A DNA stretch of 63,997 nt, the filler included, from Ionaspis alba (Eukaryota): assembly GCA_964255285.1 (NCBI GenBank). It is 4 parts of 4 records of this genome, joined end to end, with 100 filler letters (N's around TTAATTAATTAA, not from the genome) between each part and the next. Parts side by side here need not be neighbours in the genome. Positions count along the whole stretch, not along the records: positions 1 to 16,959 come from CAXUUL010000330.1; positions 17,060 to 33,958 come from CAXUUL010000332.1; 2 more parts are not named here. One strand, given 5' to 3'. This document shows, piece by piece, positions 12,777-25,527 of the stretch. The first letter of the stretch is position 1, and the number at the start of each line of letters is the position of its first letter. The position numbers and the translations under genes are program-made. Below the pieces are notes generated by a model. That model was not told where the DNA came from and did not search any database. It saw only the letters and a list, made by a program, of their open reading frames with translations.

Positions 12777-13478
12777 TTTCGAGGCGCGTGGACAGACGTA
12801 CTGTTGGTCGCAAGAAAAGTGGTGTTTGGAGACAGCTTGATTGGGGGTGGAGCTTAGAGCTTGGGAGGGGACGTCATGTGCCAAGCACGTGATTGGTTGT
12901 TTACCTTTAGTGGCCATTTTCTACAATCAAGAGGCGTGAATTAATTTTGGTATACTGCTGTTTTTCTGATGAATCGAGGGCTTTTTCCCCGTCCTGGAGT
13001 ACTCGGTAGCAAATGCTCTCCTAGGTAACAGCCGCATTAGCTATTTACCTGGTCATTTAAAGGAATTTCCAGTTTCTTAGACATATATGCACTTCTTTGG
13101 GAGATCACTCCGTGCTATGCTTAGTTTATTCGTAGGCTTCTTAATACATAAGTTCACCAATTTTATTCTCACATATCTAATGCAGTCTCCTGGATCTTGA
13201 ATCTGGTGACCATCTTAGACAAGGTCAATAGTGGGAGTAAGGCAAAAAACCAAGGCATAGGGCTGAGGCCTAGCGCCTAAGATCTCAGGGACCGCTTTCC
13301 GCACTCTTCTTTCAACGACTTCCTTCCCAACACACAATTCCCTTGCAATTCGGCTCCTTTAGCCTTCAAAACACAGAATTGATCGCTGCTCATCGGGATA
13401 TTAAAGTTGTTTTCTTGACAAAGAATTGAGTAGTGCGCCCGAACCACTCTCTACGTTTCGACAAATCTTCCCACAAAG

Positions 13479-13757
13479 GTAAGAAGCCTAATTCTGCTAT
13501 TTGCCTATCGCCTTGCATCCAGCCATCAGAGCATCAGAAAATCTACAATGAGTCACAGAGGAGAGTATAAAGACTCGACTACTTACGTCAAGCGGCTCCC
13601 GCGACCAAAAAAGAGATTGAGATTTCCATTGCGCGAGAGAGGCAGCGCTGCGAAGTGCTTGGCTTGGCATTCTCGCATTGAATCACACTTTTTCCAATTC
13701 GCCTAGTCCTCAGAAGATCCGAGCTATTTGAGGTCATTGCTGATAGTCTTAAAACAG
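13479..13757 (+). other. Probable 5'-UTR intron of the 14-3-3 gene (279 nt)
   Basis: AAG|GTAAGA donor at 13479, GCTGAT branch-like site at ~13739, and AAACAG acceptor ending 13757, 17 nt before the ATG. Confidence 0.7.
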
Positions 13758-13774
13758 TCCCACTTCTCGTCAAC

Positions 13775-14863
<1,089 letters not shown>

Positions 14864-15847
14864 TAAGGGTTAGACATACTGGTTGCAAAACATAGATTCC
14901 GAGTTGTTTTGCTACTGTCTATGGCTCTTCATACATTCCCGCTTAGATTCAAAACATTCTATGTCTTCTTAACTTCTTTAGCGACCTGTGGGTTGGTACC
15001 TGTATGGTCTTTGATTCGGGTGGATGGTGAGAATTCGCATTGTGTCATGGTACTGCATCGATAGATTGCTATTCGACGGCTTCTCTTAGACGTGGTAACT
15101 GAAAATTTCTTTTCAAATGCTGTAGGAGATGTGGGCTTAAACTTTCTACTCACATTTAGGTTCTATGCCTGCCTACTTGCAGACTCGAACCCTACATATC
15201 TCATTCACCATATCAGACATTGCTTGGCGCGACCACTGAGTACTAAGCTTCAGCGTCCATTAAGTTCTCCTCTCTCCACCCTACGCCCCTCCATCGAAGT
15301 GACAAAGGTTACCCCCGAATTCAAGCTCGAACACCTCTGGCCAGTGTCTACGATATTACTATCCTAATTTGCGTAGGTGCCACGATCCACGGACACCGCC
15401 TTCACTCCGACTCGTGTGGTGAATCTTTACCCAGTTTCCGAGAAGTCTCAAAGGTAGCTAACTTGTCACCTTGGGAGATCTTTCAGCTTTTCATCACCAT
15501 TCAAGCTGCGTGTTACTTTATCGACTGTCTCCAATCTCACTTGCTCAGCCTTTCTTAACACTTATCTACTACTCTTGAAGTCCTAGTTTTCATGTCGAAA
15601 AAGTCTGTACCACACTGCATAGGTTGGTGTGCTACTTGAACTAAATGTCTAGACCGCCATAGTCAAGCACCAGACTCACTTCTGAAGTTACTGTGAACTT
15701 CACAATGACGTCACTTCCTTGAACCTAACACCATCTGAAAACATAATTATCACGTCATCTGCCTCTAATCACTCTTCTTCTACACTACCAATTTTTCGTC
15801 CTTTAGCTCAACAGCACCACGACGAGTGAGTAACCAAGGGCTCTATC

Positions 15848-16957
15848 ATGGCACCAGCCAGACCCAAGACTCCTTCAGACTGTGGCCGTGGTCGCCCTCC
15901 CAAGACCAAGCGTGGTTCTCTCAAGACTTATACCGCGACACACAAACTACAACAGGGCACTCCAACTTCAGCTGACATCTCTAGTCTCGAAGGAGATCCT
16001 GGCGCAACTATAGCTGACTCTTCTCCTACGACTACAATCACTCCCACCACTAATCTCACTCCCGCAAGGTGTGGACGTGGACGCCCTCCAAAAGCTAGAG
16101 TTATGCTCTCACAAGAGTCAGAAGAAGAGGCGCTCACTACATCACCATCCAGCAACCGTACTAGAGCTGTACATACGCCAGCTGTCCGTCAAGGCTTGGT
16201 GTCTCAGAAAACGAAGATGAAAGCCCCAGATCCGGTTGTTGCAGCTAACGATCTATCCGAGGGAATGGCTGGCGTTATTGGAGGGCAAAGCCTTGTACTA
16301 CAGTGGCTTCAGACACAAGCAGGAAAAAGCTGGGCGGCGAAGAAGAACAAGGAGTTGATGGAGATATCATCCATGTGAATTGATCATCCGGAGAGACCAC
16401 CAACATCCCACCGCTTTTTAGACCTACCGATTGAGATCCGCAACATGATTTACGAGGAAGTACTGGTAGCCGGCACAGTTTTCCCGTTTGCGCGTCACGA
16501 GGACGTCGACCGAACACACCATTCCTGGGACGAGCATATGCACGATCATCGATATGATTAGATAGCAACGACTCCTACACCATTGGTGCAGCTATTTGCC
16601 GTCTGTCGCCAAGTCAGAAAGGAGACACAAAAGATCTATTTTGCCAAAAACCATTTCGTGCTTCCACGAATCTCAAGCCTACGTAAGCTTCCATGCCATC
16701 CAGATAATGAAGACGAAATCAGCGGTGTTTTTCGTCAAAGTCTGCTCCCTTTTGCAGCTTGGTCTTGTGTGAAATCAGTGAGTTTGACGTTCGACTGTCG
16801 CGACTACTTGGAAAGTAACTTCTGGCTCGACATGCACGGTACCCTGCTCATGGTCACCTATGGTGGCAATGCACCTCGCGAACGGGACAACGCGACTCCA
16901 AAGGAACACTGCCAAGATCTGGAGAATCTGCACTGGGCTCACCTCAACTGGGCTTAG
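15848..16957 (+). pseudogene. AT-hook plus F-box-like gene with in-frame stops, ending at the scaffold edge
   Basis: One reading frame holds GRGRPPK twice, then TGA (16376), RFLDLPIEIRNMIYEEVL, TAG (16559), LFAVCRQVRKETQKIYFAKNHF, and TAG (16955). I saw no splice signals that remove the stops. Confidence 0.7.
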
Positions 16958-16959
16958 GG

Positions 16960-17059
16960 NNNNNNNNNNNNNNNNNNNNNNNNNNNNNNNNNNNNNNNNN
17001 NNNTTAATTAATTAANNNNNNNNNNNNNNNNNNNNNNNNNNNNNNNNNNNNNNNNNNNN
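16960..17059. other. Artificial scaffold linker (44N + TTAATTAATTAA + 44N)
   Basis: Six-frame-stop 12-mer at 17004-17015 embedded in Ns. The identical construct occurs three times. Confidence 0.97.
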
Positions 17060-17713
17060 TTTGGGTTTGGGAGAAGGTAAATGGTTGTCGCTGGGATGGC
17101 TTTGTGGGGAGTTGTCATGAATTGGCAGTGGATGATTCCTATGATTGTCTGAGTGTATGAATGACAGCTGTTTGGTTTAGACTGTTCTACGATTTGAACC
17201 TAGCGTTGCTAATTTGATCTAGATACTGGGATTACTGTTCTGAGGGGGATTTAACTTATCTGTAGATAGTAACGACGACGAGAAGAAGAAGAAAAAGCGC
17301 TTAGAACAATGTATTGGTGTTGTGATGATTGCACCCTTTCGCTAAATTGTATTAGGAACAGTGGATAGGCCAACCAAAACAACCCCCCTGAGCTGCGTGA
17401 GACTAGTTGGACAGTGGCTGACAACAGGGAGTCGCCGGAGCGGTATGGGTGGCTACGGATCACATGCCGTCATCCTCGGCTTGAGCACTTCCAGTGCTTG
17501 CCCAAGAACTTCCAAGATAGATGCAGCCACTATTTTTGACGTGACGATTTTCTTTGCCATCGCTTTGAGGTTTACGAAGTATGCACCGGAGGTAGCGTAA
17601 TGACTGGCTACGCTTTGTATGGCTGCTTTTGGTACGCACGATCTCCCGAAGGAATCCCAACCATTGTCTGTACAAAATGCTGATTATCTCCAGAAACACC
17701 CTGGCTACAATCT

Positions 17714-19349
17714 ATGGCTTCACCTGCGAAAGTTCCGGAACCTGGCTCCCCAAAGGTTGTCCAAGACAAGAACCCTCCCACTATTGCACCATTCTCACCT
17801 AATGGCCCCTCGAGCCCTGGTCGTCAACGCAAGACCGTTCTGGTACAACAAAAGTCTCCACTACTCGTCGCGACACCGCCTCAGATCACACGGGCTCTAG
17901 CCTTTTCACACCCTTTCCTCCTCCCTCTCAACAAGTTAGTGGGACTGATTACATGGTCGAGTGGGGACCCTTGGGAGAGCTTTCTTCTCGTTGCATCGTT
18001 CTGGGCAATCGTGCTCTATGGCGATACGGTAATAAGATGGGCTGGTCCCGTATTGCTAGTAATGGGCTTGATAGTTGGGATGTACTCGCGGAGATATTCT
18101 CCCTTGTCATCGACGGGCCTCACAGGAGAGAAGGTAAAAGGGCATAAGAGGGGCGAATCGGAAGGGAGTATGAGGCATCAGAAGAGTCTGGATGAGATTG
18201 TGGACACGCTGAATGTCTTTACTTCTCGCTGCAATATACTACTAGATCCACTTCTCCAATTGACAGACTTCTTATCGACGCAACGGACTGCTACTTCGGC
18301 CACTACACGCCCTGCTCTTACTACGCTATTCTTGCGTATACTCATGATCACGCCTCTTTGGATTGCGCTCACTCTGTCTCCGCTATATATCATAACCTCT
18401 CGGCGTGTGATCTTGGCTGTTGGTACGCTGGGGTTGAGTTGGCACTCCCGTCCGGCACGCGTTTCTCGTACCCTCTTATGGCGATCTCTCACAGTTCGAT
18501 ACATCATATCTGTGGTCACAGGTCTTAGCTTTCTAGGCTCATCATCTGGATCTAGGACGCCACCAGCACTTCCCCCTCGAAGAAGGAGCCAGCACGACAG
18601 AGCAATTTCGATCGCCAAAAATGAGAAGGAGAGTTCTGGAGGAGTACGATTCACCTTTGTTGTGTACGAGAATCAGAGGAGGTGGCTTGGGCTTGGATGG
18701 ACGTCATCCATGTTTGCTTATGAGCGAGCAGCCTGGACTGATGAGCATCTTCAGCCATCTCCACCAAAGGATCAATTCAAATTACCCGATGTCGAGGGTG
18801 GCATGGCTAAGTGGCAATGGGTGCCGGGTAGTGAATGGCGAACTGAGAGCAGTTCCAAACCAAACTCGTCAAGCCCGGGCAAGGCCAGCAACGAGGGCTG
18901 GATATATTACGACAACAAAGTAAGTTCCTACCCTAGTGTCTATTACTTCGTCACGCATGAACTAAGATATTCAGTGGAACGACGGCCGTAGGCAAGATGG
19001 TTGGGGCAAATACACTCGCCGTCGCAAATGGTATCGAGATGCCGAACTTGTGGACGTCTCACAAGAAACTGCAACACCGACTGAGCTTCCGGCCACAGAA
19101 GCAAAAATATCGCGAACGCAAGATCAATCCATAGATTCATCAAGCAGTATGAAAGACGGACAGGAGGCGAGCAATGGCCAAGTCAAGCGTCGGTCCAAAA
19201 GGAGAAGTAGTCGGGCAAGCGCACAGAGTAGTGCTCACTCGAATAGGACTCTATTTAGCGATGAAGATCAGGATCATTTGTCTCTCGAAGTCCCACCACG
19301 GAATGAGGATTGGGGCGTGGGCGACGATATAAAGATGGGACTAGGATGA
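17714..19349 (+). CDS. Pex23/Pex24-family (Pex30-32-like) integral peroxisomal/ER protein with dysferlin domain
   Basis: SPLLVATPPQITRAL...W SSGDPWESFLLV, hydrophobic segments, and the DysF motifs FVVYENQRRWLGLGW and GWIYYDNK|W...WGKYTRRRKWYRDAEL. One intron at ~18920-18973. Confidence 0.9.
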
Positions 19350-20591
19350 GAGGACGAGGGAGATCGAACCGTGTCAAGGACAGACCACTTTTCTGCCTAT
19401 TTCGGCTTCACAAAGCAGATGGGAGTTTCGCAGTCTACCCATAGCAAGTGAATCACCGCTAGAGGTCCAGACAGCATAGTGCCCCGAGCCCGTCTTTCAC
19501 CGAAGGCGCCGAGTAATTCAGCGCCTTCAGGACATGCTTCATACTACATGCTCATACTGCGGACGCGATTTTACAATGCATATTCAGATTTACGAATACT
19601 TCTTTCTTATCACGTTTCGCGGTTTAAACTCTCAGCATTACACGTTGATGATGCCTGACATGTCCATAAAACCTTTCAATCCTACTTAAAGAATGATACG
19701 TGCTCCTCTCCCCCAGACGCTATTCTCCTACCGCTGCATACAGGATCTTCCCCAACACCAGTGCCTGCTACCACAAGCTCCCGACTGTTCTCAATTTGAG
19801 AGAGTATCGTCATGTGCAATCTTCCTAGTGCTGGTGTATCTGTTAGCTCAGCTACTTCCGCGGCTAGTGGAAACTTACACTGCAAGAGGAGCAGCCGCAA
19901 TTCGAGCACTCACCACTGCAATTGCAGCTAGAGCAGGTACAAGGGGCCATGCTGGATGGTTATGGAGACGGGTGATACTTTGGCTAATCGAGAAAATATT
20001 TGGATGTGCTTTAGTCGAGGCTGAACTTGGAGGAAATTGTTAAGAATGTGACGGACAACAGTGGGCACCAGTGGCCTTATTAAAGCTCCTAAGGTGGGAT
20101 TAATCCTTCGAGCCAAGCGCGGGTTTTCGAGGACGCATCAAAACATGTTGACCGTACGATTGGCTACTCGCTGTTTGTTATAGAAGGTGACACAAGTCGA
20201 TAGCTCCCCCCGGACGCGGGGACATCATTTGTTTTTCCTTCACATGCAATAGTGCTGGCATCATGCAACAAACCTGGGAGATAAACGTCTAGAACGTGGG
20301 ATGGTAGCTCTTGGCGAGCAAGTTATCCCTACTGTTCGATAATCCAGCAATGAGACACCAATTGCGGTACGTACCTGAGTCCCGTGCGTAGAATAGGAAG
20401 ATCTAGACCAAGCGGATAGGCAAGTCAGCGGTATACTCGGCAGTATCGGCTAATAAGCTTGGCGTCGGCGAAACGTCGGAGCGTCCTTGGAGCAGGAAAA
20501 GCTAGAGTAGGGCAGAGGCGAAACCATTTCTAAGTCTACATTAAACATGAATTCCTTGTTCTTCCTTCCCTGACACACCGAGCCGTGTCCT

Positions 20592-21104
20592 ATGGTAAGT
20601 CCAACCCTCTGTATGCCTCTATCTCTGCCTCGAAAGCCAGCCAGCATATCCATCCGTTCAAACTCAGGATGCTAACCTCAACCCCAGGCGCACCGGATCA
20701 TCACGCAAATCGTCTTCGTCGGCACCCGCGTCGTCGGCCGCGCCTTCGCAGAAGCCTACCGACAAGCATCCGCCTCGCAAAAATACGCCGCCCAAGCAGC
20801 CAAAGCGGGTCCCGGCGCAGTGAAGAACCTCGCCTCCTCAGGCCTCACGCTTCAAGAGGCATGCAAAATCCTGAACGTCAAGCCCCCACAAGGCGGCAAG
20901 GCCAATATGGAAGAGGTGATGGAACGATTCAAGAGGCTGTTCGATGCCAATGACCCGAAGAAGGGGGGCAGCTTTTACCTGCAGAGCAAGGTGCTGAGAG
21001 CGAGGGAGAGGATAGAGATGGAGGTGCGGGAGGCGGCTGAGGCCGCGCGGGAAGAGGCTGAGCTGAGTGAAGGTTGGAAGCCGAAGGTTTACAGAGATCG
21101 ATGA
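20592..21104 (+). CDS. PAM16: Mitochondrial import motor subunit Pam16/Tim16
   Basis: ATG-only first coding exon, intron 20595-20687, then AHRIITQIVFVGTRVVGRAFAEAYRQA...LTLQEACKILNV...GGSFYLQSKVLRARERI. Confidence 0.96.
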
Positions 21105-21726
21105 GTCTTGTTGCTGAGGTTGCGGAGCGTAGAACATCGATCGAAAAAATGATCTTTTGAACGTCCTGCCGTTTCGACTACCTACAGCATCAGCTCGTTT
21201 ACCCGATGATACATCCTCCTCGATAACATATCACTTTGGTACCGGGCACGACACGTTTTCAACTCCACTTTCCAGCATAGCGAGGCGTTTGGGTTGGGCT
21301 GGATTTGTTGTTTATTTCGGTTCCGTGGTTTCTGCTGCCATGATACTGGAACTGCAGCAACGATGTACATGCGCTGTAGAGTCGAGGAGGGTTGCTGTGG
21401 GACAAGGTCATGTACCATATTCCAGGCATTTGGCAATTTGTCGGACACAAATCAAGTCCGGAAATACAATTACTGCGTTTCTATAGTGAAAGTATTACTA
21501 ATACCTAGTCCTTGACTCATGCATTCAGTACCCCTATACCACGAGCAAAGAAGCAGAGAACAGCAAGGAAGTCAAGAATACACAATGTCATCCCACAACT
21601 CATTCGAAAACCTTNNNNNNNNNNNNNNNNNNNNNNNNNNNNNNNNNNNNNNNNNNNNNNNNNNNNNNNNNNNNNNNNNNNNNNNNNNNNNNNNNNNNNN
21701 NNNNNNNNNNNNNNACAGCAAGGAAG

Positions 21727-24041
21727 TCAAGAATACACAATGTCATCCCACAACTCATTCGAAAACCTTGCTTTGATATCCTCCAGCCCCCATCCTTGAG
21801 CCTTCCCAATCTCCGCAAGCGTAGCCTTGAACTCCGGAATCCTCTCCTTATACGCTACCTCCTTCAAGTAAGTCTTCGCATCCTTCCCTCCCATCTTCAA
21901 CTCCGTCCACTCCTTTGCCCAATGCGGTCTCACATTCAACTTTTCCCCATTTGCCTCATATCCCGCCCAAAGCTCATACACCTTTTGACAGAAACCCTGC
22001 CACTCCCCATCGCTGACAGAGTCGGGGACTGTAAGGATCTCGATGCTCGCGGTGCCGAGATCATTACCGTATTGCGGTGCCATGAGGATGCTGCTACCAC
22101 CCATAATACGGAGCTCGAGGGTAAGGCGCATGGGGCATTCGGAATCGGCATACACGAGGTTGATGACATCCCACCAGGCTCTGCGGATGATGGTGAAGTC
22201 GGGCTTGGTGGGATCGGAAGCAAGAGCTGGCAAGGGAATCTGGAACTCCATGTCCCTTACACGCATGTTTTGAATCTATGCGGCACGAGTTAGCTGATAT
22301 CCTTCGGTCACAGAGGGCAATTAGCATCGTCTTACTCCACGCCGGAAATGCAGAGCATCTGGAATATATGTTTTGATCTCAGGTGTAGGATTATCGAAAA
22401 GAGTGGGCGGCAATACAGCCATTCCCATGGTGGCCAGGAGTTGAGCTTGCCACCGACCTGGTAATGCGTTGAAGAACTCGCTGGAACTGACTGATAGAGG
22501 TGTCAGCCGAAATAGAATATTGACTATCATTATTTGAGAAAAGCCTACTTATTCCCCCAAGCCATCCTTCAATCCACTGCAACCATACTCCCCATGGCGA
22601 AGGATAATCAATGACATCTGAAGTTTTCTCGATGGGATTCCAGGTATTGACCCACGCAGTCTCCTGGTACGTGAACCAGAACCACTCGGAATAATAGTCA
22701 TTTGCTGCCCGCGTCTCAAAATCTGTAAGCGCATCGGCGAGCTGTCGATCTGACCAGGTCTTCTGCAGCGCCAACGGCACGTCCTTCCTTGACAATGGCG
22801 GGATTGCCAGCGAGATATCTGGCTTGCGTGGTTTCAGGAGCGCACATCTCATGGCCTCAAGCTCGAATGTTATATGAGTGACAATGCCGAGTAAGCCAAA
22901 ACATCCTGCCGCCGCAGCCAGGAGTTTGGGATCCGAGATCTCTCGATGCACTCCATTGACGTCAATGTACTCGACCATACGGACCTGGTCGGAGAGGGTT
23001 TTGTGTTGACGACCTGCACCATGGCATATTGGCCCGTTGACGCCTCCAATGGTCACTTCTACCAGAATCACGTCCATCGGCAGTGTCCATGCATTGTTCG
23101 CCACAGCCCACCGCCGGAAATCTTCGTTGGTGACTGATACACCTACGCGCACGAGCCTCTTGTCTGACGACTTATCCGTACTGGAGGGGGCAAGTTCAAT
23201 AGACTTCAGCTCGTTCTTTTTATCTGACTCGGACGTAGGAAGTAAGCTCGTTGGGTCAGGTATATCAGTGACTTGCTGCAAGTTCAGAAGTGAGACCAGA
23301 ATCTCTCCGTTCGTCGAGAACACCGGGCTCCAGCTGTGGCGATATCCACTGCATCGGATCCGAAGATTACGCTCTTTGGCGAAGATGACAAGGTTCTGTA
23401 AACCCTTGACTTTGGTGGGAACGACGGTCAATTTCGGCTTGTTGTGGACAGAGAGACCCCAATTGTCAAAGGGGACGTCCGAATAGACCTAGTGTGCATG
23501 GATTGTTTAGAATCAAGGTCCTCTTCACCAATTGAGGGGTTTGCCCTTTCTATAGTGAACATACCTGCATAAGCTCCGTTCGAGCATCATTCTCATAGAT
23601 AACGGGAAGATCAAGCGCTGTAGGGTCTTTCGCTAGGTGCTCCGCAAGCTCACGCTTGGTGCGAAGCTTCTTGAAAAAATCCAGAAAGTGGAAATGATGC
23701 TTTGCAGCTGGGGAAGGAGGGATAGCAAAGGACTTTGTGCCAACAACCTGCTTCGCAGATTTTCCACCAATGAACTCATTCAGCTGAGACTTTGTTGTCT
23801 GGTCCAACTTGTCATAGCCATCCTTGAAGATTGGAGTTTGCTGGAAGACTTTGAGGAAACCACGGACCTGCACCTCTGGGTCAAGCTGCTTGTTCCTGAC
23901 CTGGGTAAGTTGGTTTATAAGTTCCGGGAGGTCAACATGAGGAAAATCGTCAGAGAGAACGTCAACATTGTCAATGATCTCCCCCAAGATGAAATGATTG
24001 TTGAGCTTCGCGGGATCTGGGAGGGGGAGATCGAGCGGCAT
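21727..24041 (-). CDS. FAD-linked oxidoreductase, aldonolactone/alditol oxidase-like (FAD_binding_4 plus ALO-like C-terminus)
   Basis: FDNWG..., FAD-His motif RCSGYRHSWS, VTIGG...HGAG, GCFGLLGIVT and C-terminal RPHWAK, with three GT-AG introns. The substrate cannot be determined from the sequence. Confidence 0.85.
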
Positions 24042-25527
24042 GTTGTGGTTACAGATGGGTAGAACGGCTAATGGGCCAGGACTCGAGGACTGAGAAGTAC
24101 AAAACGTGACACAAAGAAAGAAGGAACAAGTGAGACCGGTGGGACAACAGCCTTCTTAGGCAAGTGCTGAGGTGAGGGTGACGAGATGCAGACCGATGAA
24201 GCAACTGGGATTTCCAAGAAGTCTCTCAAGCCCCTCCATATCTATATAAGCACAGTTGTACGCATCTAGACGAATTCCATGAGCCATCAAGCAATACACG
24301 TCAGATGATTAAGGCTTGTCACACACACAAACATGCACATGGTGGAGCTGACATGCAGGCCATCGACCTTTGGTGGAAAGCACGAGGAATTGGAGCGGGA
24401 GTCCAAGACACGAAAGGCGGCCAAAAACGCTCTGTCCGGCTCCGACATGTGCCTCGCCACGGCTTTCTCTTTCAATGATTGTTTACACTCGGAGCATTTC
24501 AGCCAGCCTCACAAATTCCACACGAACGGCTGAAGAAAGCAAGATCTCCGAGTCAAGACCAGCCCGGCGGTGGCGGTTATGCACAACGGCCATGGCGGGG
24601 CTGAGGATATGCAATATAACTTAGGTTCCGGAGAGATCCGTAGGTCTTGTGTTCAACACCAGAGGGGTGTCTGTTGGCCCGCTGAGATAGACACGTTCAA
24701 GGGTTAAGTGTAGCCGGACCGGAGTTGTCAGCCTGGCAGTAGTACAATCTGTAAGCACATAGAGGTGGAGAAACGCGGTGTACGAAGGGTATGTAATGTT
24801 TAAGCGTAGCTGTAGGTGGATAAATTGTGGTGAGACGGAAGCAGCGACATTGTTTGGGACCGGGCTGAACGGTGTCTCAGCAAGTCAGTCCTTTGTGGCT
24901 TTGATAGGTGGCCGCCGGGCTTTCGCTGAACTAGGGTGCCAAGAGAAATTAGTCATCAGGTTCTCCAGGTCGCAAGCTCAGAGCTATACTGTCTTAGGAT
25001 TGGCGTGCTTCTCAGCACTAGGTCCAGCTCCTGGTTGTTAGTGTCGACATGCCATACAGCTACACGCTACACTTTACTTGGGGTAGCCGTCTTTTGTGAA
25101 TTTGTAGGATAGCTTGTGGTAGGATGGATCACTAAAACGAGGACAGCTACCAACCACGGAAGAAGGTACGTATCATTAGTAATGTAGCGTGGGTGAGCGA
25201 GAGAGAGAGAGATCGAATAACACCTATAGGTTCTGCCCGTTTGGAGATGCAGCGAGAAGAGGAATATTTGAATATAAGATAATGAATGCAACAGCCACGC
25301 AATTCATCATACATCAAATTCACGTAGCCTAGTCCTCGAATACCACTGAGCTTCCTAGTCGACTCAGGTAAGCCAGGGGATCTAGTAATTCGACGCATCT
25401 ATCCTTCCAAATAATCCACAACACCAGCCTGCCCACCAGTATGTGACAACCAACTCCAGCCGTCATCCTCGTAACCTAAACACCATGAACAGGCCCTGGA
25501 TACCATGCACGATGCAAACAAAACTCA

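Noticed and set aside
15170..15200. tRNA T-loop-like GGTTCGAGTC on the minus strand
   Set aside because: No canonical 5-bp T stem with a 7-nt loop, and no acceptor, D or anticodon arms could be built.
17004..17015. TTAATTAATTAA palindrome recurring every ~17 kb
   Set aside because: Synthetic six-frame-stop linker embedded in Ns.
20350..20460. ATG followed by a GTACGT donor and GCTAAT branch-like site upstream of PAM16
   Set aside because: No coherent downstream exon, and PAM16 is complete without it.
21560..21769. 55-nt direct repeat flanking an N gap (also 40434-40488/40589-40643 and 58051-58105/58206-58260)
   Set aside because: Each is exactly 55 nt on both sides of a 100-N gap, an unmerged k-mer overlap from the assembler rather than a biological repeat, TSD or CRISPR.
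24660..24720. TPP-riboswitch-like GGGGTG...GCTGAGAT
   Set aside because: The downstream ACYTGAT/TAAT..CAGCG core is absent and no thiamine-related gene is adjacent. It is only a GTGTCT/AGACAC hairpin.
25198..25212. (GA)n tract
   Set aside because: Short ordinary microsatellite in the SIP5 3' region.
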